Source: Actinomycetota bacterium
GTDB taxonomy: Bacteria; Actinomycetota; Thermoleophilia; Gaiellales; F1-60-MAGs149
Direction: 5' to 3'
NCBI GenBank assembly: GCA_016870485.1
Contig: VGBM01000005.1
Location: forward strand, 24,214 to 88,213
Length of the DNA stretch: 64,000 bases
The notes under the pieces were generated by a model, which saw only the letters and a program-made list of their open reading frames with translations, searched no databases and was not told where the DNA came from. Made by a program: the position numbers and the translations under genes. The first letter of the stretch is position 1, and each line of letters opens with the position of its first letter. Below, one piece after another: positions 1-10,937 of the stretch.

Positions 1-567
1 ATGGCTGAGCAGGTCTCCACCAACCAGTTCAAGAACGGCATGCACATCGACGTGGACGGGACGATCTACCGGATCGTCGAGTTCCAGCACGTCAAGCCCG
101 GCAAGGGCGGCGCCTTCGTGCGCACCAAGTTGAAGGCGTTTGAGACGGGCGCCGTCGTCGACCGGACGTTCCGGGCGGGGGAGAAGTTCCCGCGCATCCT
201 CACCAGCGTCGCCGACATGCAGTTCCTCTACGACGACGGCACCGACGTCGTGATGATGAACACGGAGACCTACGAGCAGCTGTCGCTCAAGCGCGAGTCC
301 TGCGCGGACGAGCTGCGCTGGCTCAAGGAGGGCGACACCGTCCAGCTCCTGAGCGTGGACGACGTGCCGGCGACGCTGCAGCTGCCCGCCTCCGTCGAGC
401 TGGCCGTCCTGCAGACCGAGCCGGGCATCAAGGGCGACACGGTCTCGAACGTGACGAAGCCCGCCACCCTCGAGACCGGCGCCGTCGTGCAGGTGCCGCT
501 GTTCGTCAACGAGGGCGACGTGGTCAAGGTTGACACCCGCGAGGGCACCTACATTTCGCGCGCCTAG
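1..567 (+). CDS. efp: Elongation factor P
   Basis: 188-aa ORF with ATG at window position 1. MAEQVSTNQFKNGM...VEFQHVKPGKGGAFVRTKLK (KPGKG loop). Classic efp-accB-accC neighbourhood. Confidence 0.95.
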   Translation: MAEQVSTNQFKNGMHIDVDGTIYRIVEFQHVKPGKGGAFVRTKLKAFETGAVVDRTFRAGEKFPRILTSVADMQFLYDDGTDVVMMNTETYEQLSLKRESCADELRWLKEGDTVQLLSVDDVPATLQLPASVELAVLQTEPGIKGDTVSNVTKPATLETGAVVQVPLFVNEGDVVKVDTREGTYISRA

Positions 568-604
568 CCCTCCGACGGGCCACGCCGCTACCCTTGACCC
601 TCGG

Positions 605-2371
605 ATGGCGCGCCTCGTCGACACCTCCCTGCGCCTGCTCGCGCAGGAGCCCCTCGCCGGGCGCGTCCCGGCGTCGCTCGAGCTCGAGGCCTGCGAGCGC
701 CTCGACGAGGCCGGCTTCCACGTGCTCGAGGTGTCGGGGGGCGGCTGCTTCCACGCCGCCGTCCAGCGCGGCACGGAGAGTCCGTGGGAGCGGATCCGCA
801 ACCTCAAGCGCCGCGCGCAGCGCACCCCGCTCGGGATGGCGCTGCGCGGCCGCTTCCTGGTCGGCACGCAGCCGGTCGAGCAGGACCTGATCCGGCGCTT
901 CGTCGACTGCGCGTCCGAGTCGGGCATCGTGGTGTTCCGGATGCACGACCCGATGAACGACCCGGAGGACCTCGTCGGCCCCGCCGAGGCGGTTCGCGAG
1001 GCCGGCGCCCGCCTGCACCTCGGGCTCGTCTACGACGAGGGCCCGGCGGGCCACGAGCGGCTGCTCGCCCGCGCGCCCGAGCTGGCCGCGCTCGGCGCCG
1101 ACCGGCTGCTCCTGCTCGACCCCGCGGGCGCGCTCGACCCCTCGCAGGTCGGCGCGCTGATCACGGGCCTGCGCGACGCGGCGGGCGTGCCCGTCGGCCT
1201 CTACCCGCAGGGCCCCGGCGGCACGTCGCTGTCCGTCGCCCTCGAGGCGGCGCGGGCCGGGGCCGACCCGATCAGCGTCGCCGCGTACCCCCTTGCCGTG
1301 GCCGGCCACCGCGCGAGCTCCGAGCTGCTCAGCCAGGCGATCGACGGGCTCGGGCTCGAGTCCGGGGTGGGGCAGGGCGTCCTCTGGGAGGTCGCTGAGC
1401 TGCTCGACCGCGCGCTCTTCGCCGATCCCACGCTGCCGCCGCCTCTCTCCGCGCACGTCTCGCTGCAGGCGGCCCTGAAGGGCGTGCCCGCCGGGCTCGT
1501 CGCCAACGTCGAGCGCCGCCTCGCCGCGATCGACGCCTCCGACCGCCTCGCCGAGGTGCTCGACGAGATCCAGCGCGTGCGCGAGGATCTCGGCTCGCCG
1601 CCGACCGCCTCGCCGCTCGGTGACGTGATCGTGCGCCAGGCCATCGACCACGTCCTCGAAGGGCGCCGCTGGCACTACGCCGACGCCGAAATGGGCGCCG
1701 TCATCCGCGGCGAGTGGGGCCATCCGCCGCTCACCGTCGACGCCGCGGTGGCCGAGCTCGGCCGCGCCGCGGCCGAGGAGCCGCCCGCGCCCGCCGACCT
1801 CGATGCGGCCCGCGTGGAGGCCGGCTCGCGCGCCACCTCCGAGGAGGAGCTGTGCCTCGTGGCGCTCTTCGGCGCGGGTGCGCTGCCCCTGCTCGAGCGC
1901 CTGCGCGGCCGCCACGAGGCGATCGCGTCAGGCGTCACCAACGAGGAGGAGGACCGCATCCGCGTCCTCGTCGACCTGCTCGAGGAGACGGGCCTCGGCG
2001 AGCTCACGGTCGAGGAGAACGGCACCCGCATCACGCTGCGCCAGCAGGCGCCGGTGCAGCAGGTCGTGCCGGTCGCGCCCGTGGCCGCCGCCCCCGCGGA
2101 GGCCGCCGCGCCGGCCGCTCCCGCGGGCGACGTGATCGCCAGCCCGATGGTGGGCACCTTCTACCGCTCGTCGGCGCCGGGCGAGCCCGCGTTCGTCGAG
2201 GAGGGCCAGCGCGTCGAGGTCGGCCAGGTGCTCTGCATCCTCGAGGCGATGAAGCTCTTCAACGAGTTCAAGTCCGAGACGGCCGGCACCATCCGCCGGA
2301 TCCTCATCGAGGACGCCCAGCCCGTCGAGTTCGGGCAGCCGCTGTTCGAGATCGACCCCAGCGGGGCCTGA
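605..2371 (+). CDS. OadA / transcarboxylase-5S-like carboxyltransferase domain (predicted inactive metal site) fused to a C-terminal biotin carboxyl carrier domain
   Basis: 588 aa from ATG 605 (the track ORF starts at 530). The N-terminal ~450 aa follow the OadA/PycB fold pattern (ESPWERI, ALRGRFLVG, FRMHDPMND, and a PYC_OADA-like PTASPLGDVIVRQA). The C-terminus is a biotinyl domain (VLCILEAMKLFNEF). It occupies the accB slot, 7 nt upstream of accC. Confidence 0.8.
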   Translation: MARLVDTSLRLLAQEPLAGRVPASLELEACERLDEAGFHVLEVSGGGCFHAAVQRGTESPWERIRNLKRRAQRTPLGMALRGRFLVGTQPVEQDLIRRFVDCASESGIVVFRMHDPMNDPEDLVGPAEAVREAGARLHLGLVYDEGPAGHERLLARAPELAALGADRLLLLDPAGALDPSQVGALITGLRDAAGVPVGLYPQGPGGTSLSVALEAARAGADPISVAAYPLAVAGHRASSELLSQAIDGLGLESGVGQGVLWEVAELLDRALFADPTLPPPLSAHVSLQAALKGVPAGLVANVERRLAAIDASDRLAEVLDEIQRVREDLGSPPTASPLGDVIVRQAIDHVLEGRRWHYADAEMGAVIRGEWGHPPLTVDAAVAELGRAAAEEPPAPADLDAARVEAGSRATSEEELCLVALFGAGALPLLERLRGRHEAIASGVTNEEEDRIRVLVDLLEETGLGELTVEENGTRITLRQQAPVQQVVPVAPVAAAPAEAAAPAAPAGDVIASPMVGTFYRSSAPGEPAFVEEGQRVEVGQVLCILEAMKLFNEFKSETAGTIRRILIEDAQPVEFGQPLFEIDPSGA

Positions 2372-2378
2372 GGCCGCG

Positions 2379-3740
2379 GTGCTGCGCCGCTGCCTCGTCG
2401 CGAACCGGGGCGAGATCGCCGTCCGGATCATCCGCGCCTGCCGTGAGCTCGGGATCGGGGCGGTCGCCGTCCACTCGACCGCGGACCGGGACGCCATGCA
2501 CGTGCGCATAGCCGACCAGTCCGTGCAGATCGGGCCGCCGCAGGCCTCCGAGTCGTACCTGCGCGTCGACCGCCTGATCGCGGCCGCGCAGACGACGGGC
2601 TGCGACGCGGTGCACCCGGGCTACGGGTTCCTCGCGGAGAGCACCGACCTCGTGCGGGCCTGCGCCGAGCACGACCTGGTCTGGGTCGGCCCGTCGGCGG
2701 AGGCGATCGAGACGATGGGCGACAAGGCCGTCGCCAAGGACACGATGCGTGCCGCCGGGCTGCCGCTCGTGCCGGGCTCGGGCGGGCGCCTGTCGGGCCC
2801 CGACGAGGCCGCCACGGTGGCCGAGGAGGCCGGCTACCCCGTGCTGCTCAAGGCCGCCGCGGGCGGCGGCGGCAAGGGCATGCGGCTCGTGCGCGACCCG
2901 GCCGACGTGCGCGACGCCTTCCTCGCCGCGAGCACCGAGGCGGAGGCGGCCTTCGGCGACGCCGGCATGTATCTCGAGAAGGCCGTGGTCGATGCGCACC
3001 ACATCGAGATCCAGGTGCTCGGCGACGGGCGCGGCGGCGGCCTCGTCCTCGGCGAGCGCGAGTGCTCGATCCAGCGCCGCCACCAGAAGCTGATCGAGGA
3101 GTCGCCGTCGCCCTTCCTCGCGCCGGAGACCCTGGTCACGATGGAGGCCGCGGCGGCCGACGCGCTCCAGGCCCTCGCGTACGCGGGCGCGGGCACGATC
3201 GAGTTCCTGGTCGGCGCGGACCAGGCGTTCTACTTCATGGAGATGAACACGCGCCTCCAGGTCGAGCACCCCGTCACCGAGGAGGTGACGGGCTTCGACC
3301 TCGTGCAGGCGCAGCTGGCGGTCGCCGGCGGCGACGGCGTGCCCCCGTGGGACCCGTCCGGGCGGCGCGGGCACGCGATCGAGTTCCGGATCAACGCGGA
3401 GGACCCGCGGCACGGCTTCCGGCCGGGGCCGGGCCTGATCACGCGCTTCCGCCCGCCGCTCGGGCCGGGCATCCGCATCGACACGTTCGTGGAGGACGGC
3501 GCGACCGTGCCGCCCTTCTACGACTCGATGATCGCGAAGCTGATCGTGACCGCGCCGAACCGGGCAAGGGCGCTCGACCGCGCGGCGCGGGCCCTCGACG
3601 AGTTCGTGGTCGAGGGTATCCCGACCACGATCCCGCTCCTGCGCGAGATCGTGGACGAGCCCTCGTTCCGGGCCGGCCGCTACACGACGACGTACCTCGA
3701 CGAGGTCGGCGACGCGCTCACGAGCCTCGGGGAGGGCTGA
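2379..3740 (+). CDS. accC: Biotin carboxylase
   Basis: 453 aa, GTG start. LVANRGEIAVRIIRA, GYPVLLKAAAGGGGKGMR, MEMNTRLQVEHPVTE. Confidence 0.95.
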   Translation: MLRRCLVANRGEIAVRIIRACRELGIGAVAVHSTADRDAMHVRIADQSVQIGPPQASESYLRVDRLIAAAQTTGCDAVHPGYGFLAESTDLVRACAEHDLVWVGPSAEAIETMGDKAVAKDTMRAAGLPLVPGSGGRLSGPDEAATVAEEAGYPVLLKAAAGGGGKGMRLVRDPADVRDAFLAASTEAEAAFGDAGMYLEKAVVDAHHIEIQVLGDGRGGGLVLGERECSIQRRHQKLIEESPSPFLAPETLVTMEAAAADALQALAYAGAGTIEFLVGADQAFYFMEMNTRLQVEHPVTEEVTGFDLVQAQLAVAGGDGVPPWDPSGRRGHAIEFRINAEDPRHGFRPGPGLITRFRPPLGPGIRIDTFVEDGATVPPFYDSMIAKLIVTAPNRARALDRAARALDEFVVEGIPTTIPLLREIVDEPSFRAGRYTTTYLDEVGDALTSLGEG

Positions 3741-3741
3741 C

Positions 3742-4167
3742 GTGGCGGACGCGGCGGGGGACGACGGCTCGCGCCGGCAGGCGCGCCGCGCGGCGGTGCT
3801 CCTGCTCTACCAGGAGGACCTGACCGGGCACCCGATGGCGGACATCGTCGCGCGCCACGAGACCGACGCCGGGCGCCCCCTGCCCGCGTACGCGGGCGGG
3901 CTGATCGCGGCCGTGCACGCGCGCCGGGACGCCCTCGACGGGGAGATCGACGACCTCGCGGAGGGCTGGAGCGTGGAGCGGATCGCGCCCGTCGAGCGCG
4001 CCGTCCTGCGCGTCGGGCTGGTCGAGCTCGACGCGGACGATCCGCCGGCCGCGGTGGCGATCGCGGAGGCCGTCGCCCTGGCCGGCCGCTACGCCTCGCC
4101 GGAGGCCGCGACGTTCGTGAACGGGATCCTCGGCGCGGCCGCGCGCAGGCGCGGCACGGGCCGGTAA
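3742..4167 (+). CDS. nusB: Transcription antitermination factor NusB
   Basis: 141 aa. RRQARRAAVLLLYQEDL, AVLRVGLVEL, FVNGILG. GTG start 1 nt after the accC stop, preceded by GGGGAGGG. Confidence 0.85.
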   Translation: MADAAGDDGSRRQARRAAVLLLYQEDLTGHPMADIVARHETDAGRPLPAYAGGLIAAVHARRDALDGEIDDLAEGWSVERIAPVERAVLRVGLVELDADDPPAAVAIAEAVALAGRYASPEAATFVNGILGAAARRRGTGR

Positions 4168-4176
4168 CCTCCCGGC

Positions 4177-4380
4177 ATGGACGAGGCCGATCCCTTCGAC
4201 GAGCTGGTCGCCCGGCTGGAGGCCGCGCGCGCCCGGCTCGACGCGGTCGCGGGCCCCGACGAGGCCGTGCAGGCGCTCGAGGAGCTGCAGGAGACCGCCC
4301 GGGAGATCGCGGCCGAGGTCGACCGCCGGCGCCGCGCGCTGGCCGACGAGCGCGGCGATGGGCAGCTCGACCTCCTCTGA
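4177..4380 (+). CDS. Possible exodeoxyribonuclease VII small subunit (XseB-like)
   Basis: 67-aa acidic helical ORF in the xseB slot directly upstream of the polyprenyl synthase gene. Weak match to the XseB N-terminal pattern (PFDELVARLEAARARLD). No xseA is nearby. Confidence 0.4.
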   Translation: MDEADPFDELVARLEAARARLDAVAGPDEAVQALEELQETAREIAAEVDRRRRALADERGDGQLDLL

Positions 4381-5248
4381 GCACCTCGCCCGCCTCGCGG
4401 GCCTGGTCGAGGCCGAGCTCGACGCGCGCGTCGGCGCGCTGATCGGGGCCGAGCCGGACCTCGCGCCGTTTGCGGCCGCGCTGCGCCACCCGCTCGACGC
4501 CGGCGGCAAGCGCCTGCGGCCCGTGCTCCTCCTCGCGACCCTCGAGGCGCTCGGCCGCGACCTCGCGCCGGGCCTCGCGAGCGCCTGCGCCCTCGAGCTG
4601 ATCCACACCTTCTCGCTGGTGCACGACGACCTGCCCGCGCTCGACGACGACGACCTGCGCCGCGGCCGGCCGACCACGCACGTGGCGTACGGCGAGGACG
4701 TCGCGATCCTCGTCGGCGACGGGCTCTTCGCGCTCGCCTTCCGGCTGATCGCGGAGGACCCGCTGCCGGACCCGGCGGCGCGCCTCGGCGCCGTCGCCGA
4801 GCTCGCCCGCGCGACGGACGGGATGGTGCGGGGCCAGTACCTCGACCTGCACCCGGTGCCCGACCCGGACGAGGCCGCCGTGGCCCGCATGAGCGGGCTC
4901 AAGACGGGCTGCCTGATCGAGGCCGGCATCGGGATGGGCCTCGTCCTCGCCGACGCCGATCCGGACGCACAGGCCGCCTACCGGGCGCTCGGCCGCGAGC
5001 TCGGGGTCGGCTTCCAGATCGTCGACGACGTCCTCGACGCCACGGGCACGAGCGCCGAGCTCGGCAAGACGGCCGGGGCCGACGTGGCCAACGACCGCCG
5101 CACGTTCGTGACGGTGCTCGGGCTCGAGGCGGCGCGCGCGCGGGCCGAGGCCTCGTGGGCGCGGGCCGCGGCCCTGCTCGACGGGCTCCCGGGCGACCCG
5201 GCGGCGCTGCGGGAGGCGGCCGCCCTGATCTACCGGCGGACGCGCTGA
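4358..5248 (+). CDS. Polyprenyl diphosphate synthase (FPP/GGPP synthase, IspA-like)
   Basis: 296 aa. First Asp-rich motif LVHDDLPALDDDDLRRGRPT and second FQIVDDVLD. Overlaps the upstream small ORF by 23 nt. Confidence 0.9.
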   Translation: MGSSTSSEHLARLAGLVEAELDARVGALIGAEPDLAPFAAALRHPLDAGGKRLRPVLLLATLEALGRDLAPGLASACALELIHTFSLVHDDLPALDDDDLRRGRPTTHVAYGEDVAILVGDGLFALAFRLIAEDPLPDPAARLGAVAELARATDGMVRGQYLDLHPVPDPDEAAVARMSGLKTGCLIEAGIGMGLVLADADPDAQAAYRALGRELGVGFQIVDDVLDATGTSAELGKTAGADVANDRRTFVTVLGLEAARARAEASWARAAALLDGLPGDPAALREAAALIYRRTR

Positions 5249-5250
5249 CG

Positions 5251-6051
5251 GTGGCCCGCGAGCGCCTCGACCAGGCGCTGGTGGCGCAGGGCCTCGCGCC
5301 GACCCGCTCGAAGGCCCAGGCGCTCGTCCTCGCCGGGCTCGTCACCGTCGACGGCGCGCCGGCGCGGACGGCCGGGCAGCCCGTGCGCGACGGGCAGGCC
5401 CTCGCCGTCCTCGCCACCCAGCGCTTCGTCTCGCGCGCCGGCGACAAGCTCGACGGCTTCCTCGCCGCCCTCGGCTGGGACGTGGCCGGGGCCGACGTCC
5501 TCGACGTGGGGGCCTCCACGGGCGGCTTCACGGACTGTCTGCTCCAGCGCGGCGCCGCCCGCGCGGTCTGCGTCGACGTCGGCTACGGCCAGCTCGACCC
5601 GCGCCTGCGTGGCGACCCACGCGTGACGGTGATGGAGCGCACGAACGCCCGCGGGCTGACTCCCGACGCCCTGCCGTACGCGCCCGACCTGCTCGTCGCC
5701 GACGTCTCGTTCGTCTCGCTGCGGCACGTGCTCGGGTCCGCGCTCGCCTGCCTGCGCGCGCCGTGGCGGGCCGTGGTGCTGGTCAAGCCCCAGTTCGAGG
5801 CCCAGCCGGCCGACGTCGGCAAGGGCGGCGTCGTGCGCGACCCCGTGATCCGCCGGCGCGCGATCGCCTCAGTCGCCCGCTACGCTTGCGACCTCGGCGC
5901 GATTCCGCTCGTCGCCCGCGACTCGGGGCTACCGGGTCCCGCCGGCAACCACGAGTATCCCATGGCCATCGTCTCCGCCGACCACCCACTCGCCCCCGCG
6001 GGGCGGCCCGATCCCGAGCGCATCGCCGAGGAGGCGGTCGCCGATGGCTGA
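5251..6051 (+). CDS. tlyA: TlyA-family rRNA 2'-O-methyltransferase (hemolysin A-like)
   Basis: GTG 5251, 2 nt after the upstream stop. S4 domain (RLDQALVAQGLAPTRSKAQALVLAGLVTVDG) plus FtsJ-like methyltransferase (FVSRAGDKLDGFL, DVGASTGGFTDCLL). Confidence 0.85.
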   Translation: MARERLDQALVAQGLAPTRSKAQALVLAGLVTVDGAPARTAGQPVRDGQALAVLATQRFVSRAGDKLDGFLAALGWDVAGADVLDVGASTGGFTDCLLQRGAARAVCVDVGYGQLDPRLRGDPRVTVMERTNARGLTPDALPYAPDLLVADVSFVSLRHVLGSALACLRAPWRAVVLVKPQFEAQPADVGKGGVVRDPVIRRRAIASVARYACDLGAIPLVARDSGLPGPAGNHEYPMAIVSADHPLAPAGRPDPERIAEEAVADG

Positions 6052-6880
6052 GGCCGCCCGCATCCTGCTCTTCACCCACGGCGACGCCGCGGTCACCCGT
6101 GACGCGGCGCACGGCCTCGCCCGCGACCTGGCGTCGCGCGGGGTGGAGCTGGTCCTGCCCGCCGACGAGGCGGCCAAGCACCCGGACCTCCCCGGCGCCA
6201 CGATGGAGCGCCCCGACGCCGTCGACCTCGTGCTGGTGCTCGGCGGCGACGGCACGATGCTGCGCGCGCTCCAGCACGCGCTCGCGTTCGGCACGCCCGT
6301 GGTGGGCGTCAACTTCGGCACCTTCGGCTTCCTGACCACGCTGCGCGCCGACGAGCTCGGCGACCGCCTGGGCGACCTCCTCGGCGGCGGCCTCCGGATC
6401 GTCGAGCTGCCGACGGTCGCGGTCGAGACGCCCGAGGGGCGCTTCGTCGCCGTCAACGACGTCCTCGTCACCGCCGACTCGCTCGGTCGCATGGCCGTGC
6501 TCGAGTGGGCCGTCAACGGCGCCGACCTCGGCCAGCGCGGCTGCGACGGCATCCTGATCAGCACGCCGGCGGGCTCCACCTCGTACAACCTCTCTGCCGG
6601 CGGGCCCGTGCTCGAGTGGGAGGTCGACGCCGTCGCCGTGACGTTCGTGGCGCCGCACGCCCTCGACGCGCGCCCCCTGATCCTCTCGCGCGGCCACGAG
6701 GTGCGGATCACGAGCCGCACCCGCGAGGTGGCGAGCCGCGTGGTCGTCGACGGCCACCCGGTCGCGTACCTCGCGTCGGGCGCGACCGCGACGGTGCGGA
6801 TGGCGCCCGAGATGGCGCGGCTGGGGGTGCTCCCGGACCGCCCGTTCCTCTCCCGCTACCGCGACAAGTTCGGGCACTAG
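6044..6880 (+). CDS. nadK: NAD kinase
   Basis: 278 aa. LVLGGDGTMLRA, STPAGSTSYNLSAGGP. 8-nt overlap with tlyA. tlyA-nadK-recN synteny. Confidence 0.9.
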   Translation: MAEAARILLFTHGDAAVTRDAAHGLARDLASRGVELVLPADEAAKHPDLPGATMERPDAVDLVLVLGGDGTMLRALQHALAFGTPVVGVNFGTFGFLTTLRADELGDRLGDLLGGGLRIVELPTVAVETPEGRFVAVNDVLVTADSLGRMAVLEWAVNGADLGQRGCDGILISTPAGSTSYNLSAGGPVLEWEVDAVAVTFVAPHALDARPLILSRGHEVRITSRTREVASRVVVDGHPVAYLASGATATVRMAPEMARLGVLPDRPFLSRYRDKFGH

Positions 6881-6881
6881 G

Positions 6882-8549
6882 GTGCTGGAGCGCCTCGCCG
6901 TCGCCAACCTCGTGGTGCTGCGCCGCGCCGAGCTCGAGCCCGCGCCCGGCCTGACGGTGATCACGGGCGAGACGGGCGCCGGCAAGACGATCCTCGCCGG
7001 GGCGCTTGGGCTCGTCCTCGGCGCCAAGGGCGAGGCGGGCCTCGTCGGCCCGCACGGCGACGCGGTCGAGGTGGAGGCGGTCTTCCGGATCGACGCGGAG
7101 GCCCTCGCCGACGCCGCGCTCGACGGCGTGCGCGAGCTCGTCGACGACCCCGACGACGGCCTCATCGTCACGCGCCGGCTCGGCGCCGACGGCCGCGGGC
7201 GCACGCTCGTCCAGGGGCGCTCCGCCACCCGCGGGGCGCTCGAGGAGGCCGGCGGCCGGCTGGTCGGCGTGGTCTCCCAGCACGAGGCGCGCCGCCTCGC
7301 CCGGCCCGCCGCGCAACGCGCGATCCTCGACGCCGCGGGCGGCGATGCACAGGCCGCGCGGGTGCGGGCGATGGCGGAGGCCTGGCGCGCGCTCGTCGAG
7401 GCCCGAGCCGCGCGGGCGGCGGCCGAGGCGGAGGCCGCAGGCCTCGCAGGCCGCCTCGCCGAGCTCGAGGGGATCGCCGAGCGCCTGCGCGAGGCCGTGC
7501 CGCGCCCCGGCGAGGTGGAGGAGCTCGAGGCCGAGCGCCAGCGGCTGCGCTACGCGGACGTCCTCGCGGCCGGGGCGGGCGCCGCCGCCGCCGCGCTCTC
7601 GCCCGACGACGGGGCGGGCGCGGTCGGGCTCGCCGGCGAGGCCGAGCGGGCCGTGCGCGCCGCGGCCGAGCGCGACCCCGCGCTCGCGCCGATCGCCGAC
7701 GACCTGCGCGAGGCCGTCGTGCGGCTCGAGGAGGCCTCGCGCGAGCTGCACGCCTACGCGGGCCGCGTCGACCACGACCCCGCGCGCCTCCAGGAGGTCG
7801 AGGCCCGCCTCGACCGGCTCGCGGACCTCGTGCGCCGGCACGGCTCGCTCGAGGAGGCGATCGCGGCGGGGGAGGAGGCCGAGCGACTGCTCGCGGTCCA
7901 CGGCGACGAGGCCGGCGGCCTCGAGGCCGTCCGCGCCGCCGAGGCGGCCGCCGCCGGGGCGGCCGAGGCGGCCGCCGCGGCGCTCGGCGAGGCCCGTCGG
8001 ACGCTCGCGCCGCAGCTCGCGGAGGCGGTGCGCGGGCACCTCGCCGACCTCGGCATGGCCGACGCGGCCGTGACGCTCGAGGTGGCGGAGCGCGAGCTCG
8101 GGGCGGCGGGCGCGGACGAGGTGCGGATCCTGCTCGCACCCAACCCGGGCCTCGCGCCCGCGCCGATCGCGGACGCCGCGTCGGGCGGCGAGCTCTCGCG
8201 CGTCGCCCTCGCCCTGCGCGTCGCGGCGCACGACCGCGAGGCCGTCCCGACCCTCGTCTTCGACGAGGTCGACGCCGGCGTCGGGGGCGCCACCGCGCTC
8301 GCCGTCGGTCGCACGCTGCGGGAGCTGGCCGCCTCGACCCAGGTCATCTGCATCACCCACCTCGCCCAGATCGCGGCCCTCGCCGACCGCCACTACCGGG
8401 TCTCCAAGGCCACGGGCGAGCCGACCGAGACGACGATCGAGCTGCTGGACGACGCGGGCGTCGAGGCCGAGCTCGCGCGTATGCTCGGGGGTGACCCCGA
8501 GGCGGCGGAGGCGCTGGAGCTCGCCCGGCGGCTGCGGGCGGGCGCGTGA
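6882..8549 (+). CDS. recN: DNA repair protein RecN
   Basis: 555 aa. Walker A GETGAGKT, long coiled-coil middle, SGGELSRVALAL signature, LVFDEVDAGVGG. Confidence 0.95.
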   Translation: MLERLAVANLVVLRRAELEPAPGLTVITGETGAGKTILAGALGLVLGAKGEAGLVGPHGDAVEVEAVFRIDAEALADAALDGVRELVDDPDDGLIVTRRLGADGRGRTLVQGRSATRGALEEAGGRLVGVVSQHEARRLARPAAQRAILDAAGGDAQAARVRAMAEAWRALVEARAARAAAEAEAAGLAGRLAELEGIAERLREAVPRPGEVEELEAERQRLRYADVLAAGAGAAAAALSPDDGAGAVGLAGEAERAVRAAAERDPALAPIADDLREAVVRLEEASRELHAYAGRVDHDPARLQEVEARLDRLADLVRRHGSLEEAIAAGEEAERLLAVHGDEAGGLEAVRAAEAAAAGAAEAAAAALGEARRTLAPQLAEAVRGHLADLGMADAAVTLEVAERELGAAGADEVRILLAPNPGLAPAPIADAASGGELSRVALALRVAAHDREAVPTLVFDEVDAGVGGATALAVGRTLRELAASTQVICITHLAQIAALADRHYRVSKATGEPTETTIELLDDAGVEAELARMLGGDPEAAEALELARRLRAGA

Positions 8550-9220
8550 CCCGCGTCGTCGACCTGACGCAGCCGCTCGGGCCCGCGACGCCCGGCTGGC
8601 CGGGCGAGGCGCCGCTCGCGGCGACCGTGCGGTGGACCGTCGCCGCCGACGGGGCCTACGGGCGCCGGCTCGACCTGCCGGAGCACCTCGGCACCCACTT
8701 CGACGCGCCGGCGCACTTCGCGGCCGACGGCGCGACCGTCGAGGCGATCGCGGCCGACCGGCTGGTGGTGCCCGCCCGCGTGATCGACATCGCCGCGCGC
8801 TGCGCCGACGACCCCGACGCGGTCCTCACGGCGGACGACGTCGAGGCGCACGAGGCCGAGCACGGACCGCTGCCGGTGGGCGCGGCGCTCCTCGCCCGCA
8901 CCGGCTGGGACCGCCATCTCGGCGACCCGGCGCGCTACGTCGGTGATCTGCGCTTTCCGGGCTTCGGAGCCGATGCGGCGGCGCTCGCCGTCGCGCGCGG
9001 CCTCGCCGGCATCGGCATCGACACCCTCTCGGTCGATCGGGGCACGGACGCGGCGTTCCCCGTCCACCGGACGGCGCTGCCCGCCGGGCTCTGGCAGCTC
9101 GAGGGGCTGGTCGGCCTCGACGCGCTGCCCCCGAGCGGGACGACCCTCGTCGTCGGCGTGCCGCCGGTGGTGGCCGCCTCGGGGTTCCCGGCGCGGGTGC
9201 TCGCGCTCCTGCCGGGCTGA
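8546..9220 (+). CDS. Putative cyclase / arylformamidase-family protein
   Basis: 224 aa. HxGTHxDxPxH motif (EHLGTHFDAPAHF). GTGA overlap with the recN stop. Confidence 0.75.
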   Translation: MTRVVDLTQPLGPATPGWPGEAPLAATVRWTVAADGAYGRRLDLPEHLGTHFDAPAHFAADGATVEAIAADRLVVPARVIDIAARCADDPDAVLTADDVEAHEAEHGPLPVGAALLARTGWDRHLGDPARYVGDLRFPGFGADAAALAVARGLAGIGIDTLSVDRGTDAAFPVHRTALPAGLWQLEGLVGLDALPPSGTTLVVGVPPVVAASGFPARVLALLPG

Positions 9221-9268
9221 CCCGGCGCGTGCGTCCGACTGCCCGCCTAGGATCCCTCCAGCGTCTGA

Positions 9269-10936
<1,668 letters not shown>

Positions 10937-10937
10937 C

